A stretch of DNA of 64,000 bases from Roseateles sp. Its GTDB lineage: Bacteria; Pseudomonadota; Gammaproteobacteria; Burkholderiales; Burkholderiaceae_C. Position numbers and translations under genes: made by a program. Where the stretch lies: assembly GCF_047654785.1 (NCBI RefSeq), contig NZ_JASGKQ010000002.1, forward strand, positions 577,268-641,267, in the 5' to 3' direction. This document shows positions 18,540-27,419 of the stretch, piece after piece (within the stretch, counting starts at the first letter, position 1; each line of letters begins with the position of its first letter). The notes below the pieces were generated by a model that saw only the letters and a program-made list of their open reading frames with translations, did not search any database and was not told the DNA's origin.

Positions 18540-19447
18540 GCGGCGTCCGCCAATTGGTCGATGCGCTGCACGGCCTCGGCCAGCGACGAGTACTGGAATT
18601 CCAGGCAGTCGCAGCGGTCGACCAGGTCGGCCGTGGCCTCGAAGCCCGGGCGGCCATGGAGGTCGTAGTTGAACGCCTGTTCGGCCAGCAGCAGCAGCAT
18701 GCGGGCCTTGGGCACGTCGGCCAGCGCCGGCGCGGCGCCAGCGGTGTAGCGCGGCGTGATGATCCAGGCCGGCTGCGCGGTTTCGGCCACGCGGGCCACG
18801 CTCTGCGCGGGGGCCTTCATCAGCGCGAGCGTCCCCTTGGTGGTGTCCGGCACCGGGCGCGTCAGCTCGGCCTGCGGCGCGAACCGCCGGATCGCGTCGA
18901 TGGAGACGTTCTTCAGGTTGACCGGCCGGCCCATGCCGGTCACCCGGCCGCCGGCCGGGTCGTACAGGGTGATTTCGTCGGACATCAGCCGCCAGCCCCG
19001 GTGCGCCAGCGCGGCCGTCAGCGTGCTCTTGCCCGAGCCGGGGGGGGCCGGCATGACCAGGGCCCGGCCGTCGCGCTCCAGCGCGGCGGCGTGGTAGGAC
19101 AGGTAGGGGTGGGCCATCGTGCTGACGGCCCAGTTCAGCCCCCACTCGATCATGTGGAAGCCCTGCTCCGCGGGCAGCGGGCTGAAGGCGGGCTCGCCGT
19201 CGGCGTAGAAGCGGGCCATGGGCTTGACCCAGCGGCGCAGGCCGCCTTCCCGCCGCACTTCGAGGTGGAAATCCGCGAAGTCCTCGGCCGTGCCGAGGTC
19301 GAAGTCGGCATAGAGGAAGGCCAGGTCCTCGGCGACCCGGTCCAGGTCCGAGCGCAGGCGTGCGACGAAGGGCGGCACCTTGACGACCAGCTCGCCGCGG
19401 GCCAGCCGGCGGCGCAGATCCCGGGGCGCCAGGTCGCGGAGCTTCAT
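18536..19447 (-). CDS. HprK-related P-loop kinase (type A by context)
   Basis: Walker A is PAPPGSGKSTLTAAL. Size is about 300 aa. It sits downstream of a PqqD-like gene with an ATGA overlap. Confidence 0.8.
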   Translation of the reverse strand: MKLRDLAPRDLRRRLARGELVVKVPPFVARLRSDLDRVAEDLAFLYADFDLGTAEDFADFHLEVRREGGLRRWVKPMARFYADGEPAFSPLPAEQGFHMIEWGLNWAVSTMAHPYLSYHAAALERDGRALVMPAPPGSGKSTLTAALAHRGWRLMSDEITLYDPAGGRVTGMGRPVNLKNVSIDAIRRFAPQAELTRPVPDTTKGTLALMKAPAQSVARVAETAQPAWIITPRYTAGAAPALADVPKARMLLLLAEQAFNYDLHGRPGFEATADLVDRCDCLEFQYSSLAEAVQRIDQLADAA

Positions 19448-19740
19448 GGCGGCGGGGGGAGCTGCCCGACCAGCCCCAGGTCCCGCAGCGCGCGCAGCTG
19501 GCGGTCGAAGAAGGCGGCCGCCGTTTCTGCGTCCATCAGCTCGGGGGTCGCGTCGGCCAGCTGTTCGACCAGTTGCGCCACCGATCGCGGCTGCCGGGCC
19601 AGCAGTTCGAGGAGTTCGATGGACAGCGCGTCGACCAGGTGGGTGTCGCCGCAGCCGTCGTCGTAGACGGCGCCCAGCCCCTCCCAGTCACGCCAGCAGA
19701 TGTCGGCCGGCCGATGGATGCACCACAAGGGCTCCCGCAT
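19444..19740 (-). CDS. PqqD-family peptide chaperone (RRE-like)
   Basis: 98-aa acidic protein with the THLVDALSIELLELL...SVAQLVEQL winged-helix pattern typical of PqqD-like proteins. Translationally coupled to the kinase gene. Confidence 0.75.
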   Translation of the reverse strand: MREPLWCIHRPADICWRDWEGLGAVYDDGCGDTHLVDALSIELLELLARQPRSVAQLVEQLADATPELMDAETAAAFFDRQLRALRDLGLVGQLPPPP

Positions 19741-19780
19741 CTGCGTTCAGGCGCCTGTCACCGCCGGCAGCGCGAGCGGC

Positions 19781-20494
19781 TCAGCTCAGGCGGCCGATGA
19801 AATTGCTTTCCAGATAGCGTCGGACGTCTTCGGCATACCAGGTCTTGCCGTCCGGGCCCTTGCCCGAGCCGGCGGCGACGATGTTGCCGAGCGTGGTCAG
19901 CTGGTTCGACGAGAAGGTGTCGATCACGCACACGTCGGTCTTCGTCGTGTTGCTGATGCGGTAGTTCAGCCAGGCGACCAGCATCGCCTTCTGGGCGGCG
20001 GAGTAATTGCCGGTCAGCGCGTCCCAGATCTTCACGTTCTTGCCGATCCCGGCGGTACCGTTGGCGCTGCCGCAGGCGCTGCCCACTGTGTACTTCTTGA
20101 CGGTGCTGACCTTCAGGTCGGCGCAGCTGATGGAGTTCTTGCGCCAGCCATCGCAGCTTGCGTAGTCGGTTTTGCCGGTCCGGTACTTGGCGACCCACTG
20201 TGCGAGGGTGTAGCAGGTCACCGTCGGCGCTGCGGCCGCCTTGCGTGTGTACTGGCTGGCATTGGTGCCGACCAGCGTCTGCACCGAGCCCCAGGCGGAG
20301 GCCGAGAAGCACTTGCCCTGGCTGTTGGTCGCCAGCACGGGGCGGCTGCTCAGCGTCAGCGCCACGGGCACGACGCCCGCGCCCATCTTGATGAAGCGGC
20401 GGCGGCGCTCCGAAGCCGCCTGGCGGGCGGACACGTCAACATGCGCTGGCGCGCCGGGCGCGGGCTGCGAGTCGTTCGGTTGGTGTTCGCTCAT
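19781..20494 (-). CDS. Secreted Cys-rich protein with twin-arginine signal (237 aa), unknown family
   Basis: Start at MSEHQ, with GAGG 8 nt upstream. Tat motif is ERRRRFIKMG followed by a hydrophobic stretch and PVLA/TN. The mature part has six Cys. Local GC is markedly lower than in the neighbours. Confidence 0.65.
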   Translation of the reverse strand: MSEHQPNDSQPAPGAPAHVDVSARQAASERRRRFIKMGAGVVPVALTLSSRPVLATNSQGKCFSASAWGSVQTLVGTNASQYTRKAAAAPTVTCYTLAQWVAKYRTGKTDYASCDGWRKNSISCADLKVSTVKKYTVGSACGSANGTAGIGKNVKIWDALTGNYSAAQKAMLVAWLNYRISNTTKTDVCVIDTFSSNQLTTLGNIVAAGSGKGPDGKTWYAEDVRRYLESNFIGRLS

Positions 20495-20564
20495 GACAAA
20501 GGCCTCGGAATCGATAGGGCTGCCAGCGCTGCGGACAGCCTCGGCAAACGGGTCGGAAGTGTTC

Positions 20565-20593
20565 CACACAAAGCCCGGCAGGGCACGCCGGGC
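20565..20593 (-). terminator. Rho-independent terminator after the ypfJ-like gene
   Basis: On the minus strand the sequence reads GCCCGGC-gtgccct-GCCGGGC followed by TTTGTGTGG. Confidence 0.55.
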
Positions 20594-20628
20594 GCCCCCT
20601 TGAACGGGTGGGCGGGCCGTGCCACTTG

Positions 20629-21501
20629 TCACAGGGCCGTCGCGGAGAAGGTGTCGCAGACCTTCAGGTCGCCCGCCTCCAGGCCGCGCTTGAACCACCG
20701 CGTCCGCTGCGCGCTGCTGCCGTGGGTGAAGCTTTCCGGCACGATCGAGCCGCTGCTGCGCTTTTGCAGCGTGTCGTCGCCGATCTGGGCGGCGGCGTTC
20801 AGCGCTTCCTCGATGTCGCCCTGCTCCAGCCAGCCCTTGCCGCGCTGCGAGTGGTTGGCCCAGACGCCCGCGTAGCAGTCGGCCTGCAGTTCCAGCCGCA
20901 CGCTCATGGCGTTCATCTCGCGCTCGGAGACGCGGCCGCGGGCGCGGTCGAGCTTCTCGGTGGTGCCCATCAGGTTCTGCAGGTGGTGGCCCACCTCGTG
21001 GGCGATGACGTAGGCCTGCGCGAAGTCGCCGGGGGCGCCCAGGCGCTCGCGCAGCGTGTCGTAGAAGCTCAGGTCGATGTAGACCTTGCGGTCGGCCGGG
21101 CAGTAGAACGGGCCCATGGCCGCCTCGCCGGCGCCGCAGGCGGTGGGGTAGCGGCCGCGGAAGATGACCAACTGCGGCGCCGGGTACTGCTGGCCGCTGC
21201 GCTGGAAGTAGGCGCCCCAGACGTCTTCCGTGTCCGCCAGCACGACGCTGACGAAGCGCCCGGCGGCGTCCTGCGGCGGGGCGGTGGCGGTTGGCGCCGC
21301 CTGCGGCAGGGGGGCGCCTCCGCCGCCCTGCAGCAGCCCCAGCACGGTCAGCGGGTTGACGCCAAGCACCCAGGACGCCAGCAGCGCGATGGCCACGCCG
21401 CCGATGCCGATGCCGCGCCCGCCGATCGGCAGTCCGCGGCCTCCGCTGCTGTTGCGGGCGTCCTGGACGTTGTCACTCTCGCGCTGGCCTTCCCATTTCA
21501 T
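20629..21501 (-). CDS. Neutral zinc metallopeptidase, YpfJ family
   Basis: N-terminus [14 protein letters not shown]. One TM segment. HExxH in [11 protein letters not shown]. Confidence 0.85.
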   Translation of the reverse strand: MKWEGQRESDNVQDARNSSGGRGLPIGGRGIGIGGVAIALLASWVLGVNPLTVLGLLQGGGGAPLPQAAPTATAPPQDAAGRFVSVVLADTEDVWGAYFQRSGQQYPAPQLVIFRGRYPTACGAGEAAMGPFYCPADRKVYIDLSFYDTLRERLGAPGDFAQAYVIAHEVGHHLQNLMGTTEKLDRARGRVSEREMNAMSVRLELQADCYAGVWANHSQRGKGWLEQGDIEEALNAAAQIGDDTLQKRSSGSIVPESFTHGSSAQRTRWFKRGLEAGDLKVCDTFSATAL

Positions 21502-21563
21502 GGCGGTCGTCTCCTCTGGTCGGTCGCGTCATCGTAAGGCCCCGCAGCCGGGGGGGCCGGCGC

Positions 21564-23264
21564 TCAGGGCCTGAGCTTCAGGTCGTGCCCCTGGGCCTGG
21601 GCCGGCGCGGGCAGGCCGGCGATGCCGGCGAGCGTGGGCGCCAGGTCGGCCACTTCGACGCGGTTCTTCATCTCGCCCTGGCCGACGTAGCCCGGCCCCC
21701 AGAACAGCAGCGGCACGTGGGTGTCGTACCGGTAGGGGCTGCCGTGCGTGCTGCCGCCGGGGCGGTAGCTGTAGATCCAGTGCGGCTTGAGCACGATCTG
21801 CAGCGGCGCGGCGCGGGTCGGGTCGAAGGACTTGCGCATGGCGTCGAGGTAGGGCGTCGCCGTGTCGGTGCCCAGCAGCTGCTCGCGCGTGAACACGGCC
21901 GCGACGCCGGGCAGCTTCAGCAGTTCGTCGCGGGCGGTGGCCTGCACGTCGGCGGCGTTCAGCCGGTGCTCGGCGATCAGCGCGTCGTTCAGCAGCAGGC
22001 CGGCGGCGGAGAAGCCGCGCGCCAGCTGGGCGACGCCGAATTTCTCGTTCAGCGCCGTGTTGACCACCGCCAGCGACACCGCGCCGGCGAAGCGGTGGGC
22101 GTCCCGGCCCTGCGTGGCGGCCCACTCGGGCGTGTCGGTGAAGCCGTGGTCGGCCGTCAGCGCCAGCACGTAGTTGCCGGCGCCCACGGTCTGGTCGAGG
22201 AACCGGAAGAAGGCCTGCAGGTGGCGGTCCAGGTGCAGCAGGTGGTCCTGCGACAGGCGGGACTCGGGGCCGAACGCGTGGTTGATGTAGTCGTGGCTGG
22301 ACAGGCTCACCGACAGGATGTCCTGCACGCCGCGCTGGCCCAGCTGCTCGTTCTTCACGGCGGCGCGGGCGAAGGCCAGCGTCAGCTCGTCGCCGAAGGG
22401 CGAGGGCAGGATGTTGCCGTAGAAGCGCGGGCCGGGCGCGTCCATCTTGTCGCCCAGCACGGCGGGCAGGCGGTTGCCGTTGCCGCTGGCCACCTGCCAG
22501 GGCTGGCCGTCCGGCACGGAGCGGGCGTAGGCGCAGGCGGACGTGGTCTGGGGGCAGTCGAACCCGGGCAGCAGCGGCGTCCAGGCCTTCTTGAAGAAGG
22601 CGTCGGCGGGCTTGGCGGCGTTGAAGTCGGTCACCCATTGCGGGTGGGCGGCCATGTAGTAGGTGCTGGAGGCGAAGCGGCCCGTCTCGCTCATGTACAT
22701 GTAGGCCGTGCCCTTGTGCCCGGCGGGCAGGATGGCGCCGCGGTCCTTGCCGGAGATGCCGATCACCTTGGAGGCCGGCGAGCGCGTGCGCAGCACGTCG
22801 CCCAGCGTTTCCACCTTCAGGCTGCGCGGGCTGGTGCCGGCCAGCGGGGCGGTCGGGCTGTCGATGTACCGGTAGGCGGCGTCGCCGGTGTTGTAGACGG
22901 GGGCGCCGGTGGCGGGGTCGCGCCATTCGTTGCTGATGATGCCGCTGCGCTGCGGGTAGGCGCCGGACAGCATCACCGCATGGCCGGCCGCCGTGACCGT
23001 GTGGCCGTGGGCGTAGTGCGCATCGGAGAACCAGCGGCCGTGGTCGAGGAAGCGGGCGAAGCCGTCCGGCGCGAGCAGGTCGCGGTAGCCGGTGACCTGG
23101 CGCATGGGCAGGCCGTCGATGACCACCAGGACCAGCAGCTTCGGCGCCTGCTGCGCCTGCCGTGGCGGCACCGTGGCGGATGGGGGCGTGCTGCAGGCGC
23201 TGAACAGTGTCGAGGCGGCAGCGGCGAGGGCCAGGCTCAATAGGCGGCGGCGGGAGTTCATCAT
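21564..23264 (-). CDS. Alkaline phosphatase/nucleotide pyrophosphatase superfamily lipoprotein
   Basis: Start at MMNSRRRLLSLALAAAASTLFSAC (lipobox). AP-superfamily pattern VVIDGLP...GHTVTAAGH...LTADHGF. Confidence 0.85.
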   Translation of the reverse strand: MMNSRRRLLSLALAAAASTLFSACSTPPSATVPPRQAQQAPKLLVLVVIDGLPMRQVTGYRDLLAPDGFARFLDHGRWFSDAHYAHGHTVTAAGHAVMLSGAYPQRSGIISNEWRDPATGAPVYNTGDAAYRYIDSPTAPLAGTSPRSLKVETLGDVLRTRSPASKVIGISGKDRGAILPAGHKGTAYMYMSETGRFASSTYYMAAHPQWVTDFNAAKPADAFFKKAWTPLLPGFDCPQTTSACAYARSVPDGQPWQVASGNGNRLPAVLGDKMDAPGPRFYGNILPSPFGDELTLAFARAAVKNEQLGQRGVQDILSVSLSSHDYINHAFGPESRLSQDHLLHLDRHLQAFFRFLDQTVGAGNYVLALTADHGFTDTPEWAATQGRDAHRFAGAVSLAVVNTALNEKFGVAQLARGFSAAGLLLNDALIAEHRLNAADVQATARDELLKLPGVAAVFTREQLLGTDTATPYLDAMRKSFDPTRAAPLQIVLKPHWIYSYRPGGSTHGSPYRYDTHVPLLFWGPGYVGQGEMKNRVEVADLAPTLAGIAGLPAPAQAQGHDLKLRP

Positions 23265-23442
23265 GACGGTTTTGTGACAGGGGTGCGCGAGCTTACGTCG
23301 TCCCAATGTCTGGCTTGTAAAGCCGGCCGGCGCGGGGGTGGTTGAAAGCCCTAGCCCGGGGGCTTCGCGCATCGTGGAAAATACGGGGCCCGCGCGTCTG
23401 CCCGCGCGCTTCCCTCTCACAACACTCTTCGACAGGACCAGC

Positions 23443-23679
23443 GTGGCCAAAGAAACCACCAAGACCACCATCGAAGCGGATGGTCTGCGCTACCGCTCCA
23501 AAGCTCCCGGCTCGCCGTTCGCGGCGACCTCCTCCTTCGGCGCCGCGACGATGTCTTGCTTCCTCTGCGGCAAACACCGCCCGCGCGCGATGCTCAAGTC
23601 CAAGAAGCTGCTGGGCAAGTCGCAGCCCGTGTGCTCGCCGTCCTGCAAGGAGCTGGACGCGCAGATCGCCGCTAAATAG
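23443..23679 (+). CDS. Small zinc-ribbon-like protein (78 aa), paralog 1
   Basis: GTG start. DGLRYRSK..GSPF...CFLCGKHR...VCSPSCKEL aligns with the ORF at 24556-24759. Confidence 0.6.
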   Translation: MAKETTKTTIEADGLRYRSKAPGSPFAATSSFGAATMSCFLCGKHRPRAMLKSKKLLGKSQPVCSPSCKELDAQIAAK

Positions 23680-23707
23680 GGCCCCCGGGCCAGCGGGTAC
23701 GCTGGCC

Positions 23708-23792
23708 CACCCCCCGAGGGGGGCGATTCCTTGACGGGCGATGGCCCCTCAAGGAATCGCGCAGCGCCGCCTTGGGGCGGCCCGGCGGCGGC
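23708..23792. repeat. Composite intergenic hairpin repeat, copy Z
   Basis: CCCCCCGAGGGGGG is followed by a 12-bp perfect hairpin, GCGATTCCTTGA (23723-23734) / TCAAGGAATCGC (23749-23760), then GCCGCCTTGGGGCGGCCCGGCG. The architecture matches 42752-42847. Confidence 0.6.
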
Positions 23793-23831
23793 GCCAGCAG
23801 GCACTACGCCCTGCTCGGGCCCAGGGGCTGG

Positions 23832-24398
23832 TCAGCCGCCTTGGCGGAAGCACCTGCCACAGACCGAGCGATAGCGCGCATTGCCGCCGATCTCCACCTG
23901 GGCGCCCTCGGTGACCTTGCGGTTGTGGGCGTCCACGCGCATGTTCATCGTCGCCTTGCGGCCGCAGTCGCAGATGGTCTTCATCTCGTCCATCTCGTCG
24001 GCCAGCGCCAGCAGCGTGGCCGAGCCGGGGAAGAGCTCACCCCGGAAGTCGGTGCGCAGGCCGTAGCAGATGGCCGGCAGGTTGCGCAGGTGCGCCAGCT
24101 CGTGCAGCTGCTGCACCTGGCGCTTGGACAGGAACTGCGCCTCGTCCACGAGGAGGCAGGCGATGCCGGGGCCGCTGTGGTCGATCAGCGCGATGAAATC
24201 GGTGTCGTCGTCGAACTGCTCCACCTGGCGCTGCGGCCCCAGGCGCGACGTGACGAGGCCGTGGCCGTAGCGGTTGTCCAGCCGCGCGGTGAAGATGCGC
24301 ACGCGGTGGCCGCGCTCCTCGTAGTTGTGCGCGACCTGCAGCAGCGCGGTGGACTTGCCGGCGTTCATCGCGGCGTAACGGAAGAAGAGCTTGGCCAT
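23832..24398 (-). CDS. tdk: Thymidine kinase
   Basis: Start at MAKLFFRYAAMNAGKSTALL (P-loop). C-terminal zinc ribbon CDCG...CGRC. Confidence 0.9.
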   Translation of the reverse strand: MAKLFFRYAAMNAGKSTALLQVAHNYEERGHRVRIFTARLDNRYGHGLVTSRLGPQRQVEQFDDDTDFIALIDHSGPGIACLLVDEAQFLSKRQVQQLHELAHLRNLPAICYGLRTDFRGELFPGSATLLALADEMDEMKTICDCGRKATMNMRVDAHNRKVTEGAQVEIGGNARYRSVCGRCFRQGG

Positions 24399-24462
24399 GG
24401 GGGCGTGAGGAGCGACGGCCGCATTGTCCCCGGCGGGCGACCCCGTGCTTGCGGGTAGGGGA

Positions 24463-24489
24463 AGCCCGTGTTTTGCGGCAAAACGCGGG
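24463..24489. promoter_or_regulatory. 27-nt near-perfect palindrome between divergent tdk and zinc-ribbon gene 2
   Basis: GCCCGTGTTTTGC-G-GCAAAACGCGGGC, with 12 of 13 arm positions complementary. Confidence 0.4.
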
Positions 24490-24555
24490 CTTGCGAGATG
24501 GCGCCGGCCGCCGCGCTGTGCCCCAATGCCCATTTCGCACCCACCCCTGCCCAGC

Positions 24556-24759
24556 ATGAGCAAAGACACCGTGACCGCGGTTCGCCAGGATGGCCTGCGC
24601 TACCAGTCGAAAGTGGGCGGCTCGCCCTTCCTCGGCAGTGGCCACACCCGCTCCTGCTTCAAGTGCGGCAAGCACCGCGCGCCGACCAGCCTGCAGTCCA
24701 TCCGGCTGCTCGGCCGCAACGAGGTGGTCTGCAAGCCCAGCTGCAAGACGCTGCCGTAG
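24556..24759 (+). CDS. Small zinc-ribbon-like protein (67 aa), paralog 2
   Basis: MSKDTVTAVRQDGLRYQSK..GSPF...CFKCGKHR...VCKPSCKTL. High third-position GC. Confidence 0.65.
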   Translation: MSKDTVTAVRQDGLRYQSKVGGSPFLGSGHTRSCFKCGKHRAPTSLQSIRLLGRNEVVCKPSCKTLP

Positions 24760-24785
24760 CGCGGCGGCGATCGGGCCTCAGGCCG

Positions 24786-25472
24786 TCAGGCCTTGCGCGG
24801 CGCGCCCCGGCCGCGCTCCTCCAGCCAGGCCTTGGCCGTCGAGAAGTGGCCGCAGCCGATGAAGGGGCGCGGCGGCTTCAGCGCCGACAGCGGCGACGGG
24901 TGGTTGGCCTTCAGCACGAGGTGGTCCTGCCGCGCCGCGGCGATCAGCGGCGCCTTGGCCTGCGCATAGCTGCCCCAGAGCATGAAGACCTTGGGCGCAG
25001 GGTCTTCGGCGGCGGCTTTGATGATGGCGTCGGTCAGCGGCTCCCAGCCCTGGTTGGCGTGGCTGGCGGGCTGGCCGTCCTCGACGCTCAGCACCGCGTT
25101 CAGCAGCAGCGTGCCGCCCTCGGCCCAGCGCACCAGGCTGCCCGTCTTGGGCCAGGGCGTGCCGAGGTCGCGCTGGATCTCCTTGAAGATGTTGCGCAGG
25201 CTGGGCGGCAGCGGCACGCCGGCCGGCACGCTGAAGGACAGGCCCTCGGCCTGGCCGGCGCCGTGGTACGGGTCCTGGCCGAGGATGACGACGCGTGTTG
25301 CGCTGAGCGGCGTCAGTGTCAGCGCGCGCAGCGGCTCGGGCGGGTAGATCGTCGCGCCGGCCGCAACGCGCTCCGCCAGGAAGGCTTGCAGCCGCTGTCC
25401 GGCGGGCGACCCGGCCCAGGCTTCGACGACGGGGCGCCAGTCGGTGTCGGGGAGGTCTAGGGGCAGCCGCAT
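24786..25472 (-). CDS. ung: Uracil-DNA glycosylase
   Basis: Start at MRLPLDLP. Motifs GQDPYHG and NHPSPLS. Confidence 0.9.
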   Translation of the reverse strand: MRLPLDLPDTDWRPVVEAWAGSPAGQRLQAFLAERVAAGATIYPPEPLRALTLTPLSATRVVILGQDPYHGAGQAEGLSFSVPAGVPLPPSLRNIFKEIQRDLGTPWPKTGSLVRWAEGGTLLLNAVLSVEDGQPASHANQGWEPLTDAIIKAAAEDPAPKVFMLWGSYAQAKAPLIAAARQDHLVLKANHPSPLSALKPPRPFIGCGHFSTAKAWLEERGRGAPRKA

Positions 25473-25492
25473 GCCAGTGCTTCCATGAAACT

Positions 25493-25543
25493 TGCGGGCC
25501 GAGCGCCGGGCCGCTCCCAAGCCGGCCCCTCGGGGGACCGACC
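25493..25543. repeat. Composite intergenic repeat, copy X (short form, inverted relative to Y and Z)
   Basis: The 36-mer TGCGGGCCGAGCGCCGGGCCGCTCCCAAGCCGGCCC is identical to the reverse complement of 42812-42847. It is followed by CCTCGGGGGACCG, which is also shared. Confidence 0.7.
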
Positions 25544-25590
25544 AGACCCGCACGCGTCCAGCGCTGCGGGGGTGGGCGAGGGGCAGGCCG

Positions 25591-26382
25591 TCATCCGAAC
25601 AACTGTGCCAGCGCCGCGCCGGGGTCGGACGCGCGCATGAAGGCCTCGCCGACGAGGAAGGCGTTCACGTTCGCATCGCGCATGCGCTTCACGTCCGGCG
25701 CGCCGAGGATGCCGCTCTCGGTCACCAGCAACCGATCCGCCGGCACGCGCGGCAGCAGGCCGAGCGTCGTGTCCAGCGTCACGTCGAAGCTGCGCAGGTT
25801 GCGGTTGTTGATGCCGACCAGCGGCGTCTTCAGCCGCAGCGCGCGGTCCAGCTCGTCGCCGTCGTGCACCTCGACGAGCACGTCCAGGCCGATGGCGTGG
25901 GCGGCGGCTTCGAGGTCGGCCATCTGCGAGTCGGCCAGGCAGGCGGCGATCAGCAGGATGCAGTCCGCGCCCATCGCGCCGGCTTCCATGACCTGGTAGT
26001 CATCGACCATGAAGTCCTTGCGCAGCACCGGCAGTTCGCAGGCGGCGCGGGCTTCGCGCAGGTAGCCGACCGAGCCCTGGAAGAAGCGCTCGTCCGTCAG
26101 CACGCTCAGGCAGGCCGCGCCGTGGCGGGCGTAGCTCTCGGCGATGGCGGCCGGGCGGAAGTCCTCGCGCAGCACGCCCTTGCTCGGGCTGGCCTTCTTG
26201 ACCTCGGCGATGACGCCGGCCTGGCCCGCCGCGACCTTGGCGCGCAGCGCACGCTCGAAGCCGCGGCGTTCGCCCTTGCGGCTCTCGGCCTCTTCGCGCT
26301 GGGACGCGAGCGAGCGTCTGTGTTTGGCCGCCGCGATCTCCTCCCACTTGACCTCGACGATGCGCTTCAGGATGTCGGCCAT
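25591..26382 (-). CDS. trpC: Indole-3-glycerol phosphate synthase
   Basis: Start at [16 protein letters not shown] shares one base with the trpD stop (TGATG). TrpC pattern over the full length. Confidence 0.95.
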   Translation of the reverse strand: MADILKRIVEVKWEEIAAAKHRRSLASQREEAESRKGERRGFERALRAKVAAGQAGVIAEVKKASPSKGVLREDFRPAAIAESYARHGAACLSVLTDERFFQGSVGYLREARAACELPVLRKDFMVDDYQVMEAGAMGADCILLIAACLADSQMADLEAAAHAIGLDVLVEVHDGDELDRALRLKTPLVGINNRNLRSFDVTLDTTLGLLPRVPADRLLVTESGILGAPDVKRMRDANVNAFLVGEAFMRASDPGAALAQLFG

Positions 26383-27416
26383 CAGTGCGCCCCTAGCCCC
26401 TGCGTGGTCTTCACGAAGGCGTCCAGCCGGGCGCGCGCCGCGCCGCTGTCCAGCGCCTGCCGCGCGCGCGCGATGCCGTCCGCGATCGAGCCCGCCACGT
26501 TGGCCGCGTAGAGCGTCGCACCGGCGTTCAGCAGCACGATGTCGCGCGCCGGGCCGGCCTGGCCTTCGAGCACGCCCAGCAGCATCTGCCGCGACTGCTC
26601 GGGGCCTTCCACCTTGAGGCTGCGGTTGCTCGCCATCGGCAGGCCGAAGTCCTCCGGATGCACCTCGTACTCGCGCACCGCGCCGTCCTTCAGCTCGCCG
26701 ACCAGCGTCGTCGCGCCGAGCGAGATCTCGTCCATGCCGTCCTTGCCGTAGACGACCAGCGCGTGCTCCGCGCCCAGGCGCTGCAGCACGCGCACCTGGA
26801 TGCCGACGAGGTCGGGGTGGAAGACGCCCATCAGGATGTTGGGCGCGCCGGCCGGGTTGGTCAGCGGGCCCAGGATGTTGAAGATCGTGCGCACGCCCAG
26901 CTCCTTGCGCACCGGCGCGATGTTCTTCATCGCCGGGTGGTGGTTGGGCGCGAACATGAAGCCGATGCCGCACTCGGCCACGCTCGCGGCCACCTGGCGG
27001 GGGCTGAGCTGGATGTTGGCGCCCAGCGCCTCCAGCACGTCGGCGCTGCCGGTCTTGCTGCTGACGCTGCGGTTGCCGTGCTTGGCCACCTGCGCGCCCG
27101 CCGCCGCGGCGACGAACATCGAGCAGGTCGAGATGTTGAAGCTGTGCGCGCCGTCGCCGCCGGTGCCCACCACATCGACCAGATGCGGCTGCGGCGCGAG
27201 CGGCACCTTGTTGGACAGCTCGCGCATCACCTGCGCGGCGGCGGTGATCTCGCCGATGGTTTCCTTCTTCACGCGCAGGCCGGTCAGCAGCGCGGCGGCC
27301 ATGACGGGCGACATCTCGCCGGCCATGATGCGGCGCATCAGCGTCAGCATCTCGTCGTGGAAGATCTCACGATGCTCGATGACGCGGGTCAGCGCCTCGG
27401 TGTCGGTGATGGGCAT
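26382..27416 (-). CDS. trpD: Anthranilate phosphoribosyltransferase
   Basis: [17 protein letters not shown] motif. Full-length TrpD pattern. Confidence 0.95.
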   Translation of the reverse strand: MPITDTEALTRVIEHREIFHDEMLTLMRRIMAGEMSPVMAAALLTGLRVKKETIGEITAAAQVMRELSNKVPLAPQPHLVDVVGTGGDGAHSFNISTCSMFVAAAAGAQVAKHGNRSVSSKTGSADVLEALGANIQLSPRQVAASVAECGIGFMFAPNHHPAMKNIAPVRKELGVRTIFNILGPLTNPAGAPNILMGVFHPDLVGIQVRVLQRLGAEHALVVYGKDGMDEISLGATTLVGELKDGAVREYEVHPEDFGLPMASNRSLKVEGPEQSRQMLLGVLEGQAGPARDIVLLNAGATLYAANVAGSIADGIARARQALDSGAARARLDAFVKTTQGLGAH

Positions 27417-27419
27417 GGT

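Noticed and set aside
20607-20625. TGGCACGGCCCGCCC just after the ypfJ-like stop, considered as a sigma-54 -24/-12 promoter for the modification operon. TGGCAGCCCTATCGAT nearer the start was also considered.
   Set aside because: Neither has the TTGC -12 element. The first lies upstream of the ypfJ terminator hairpin, so it cannot drive the operon.
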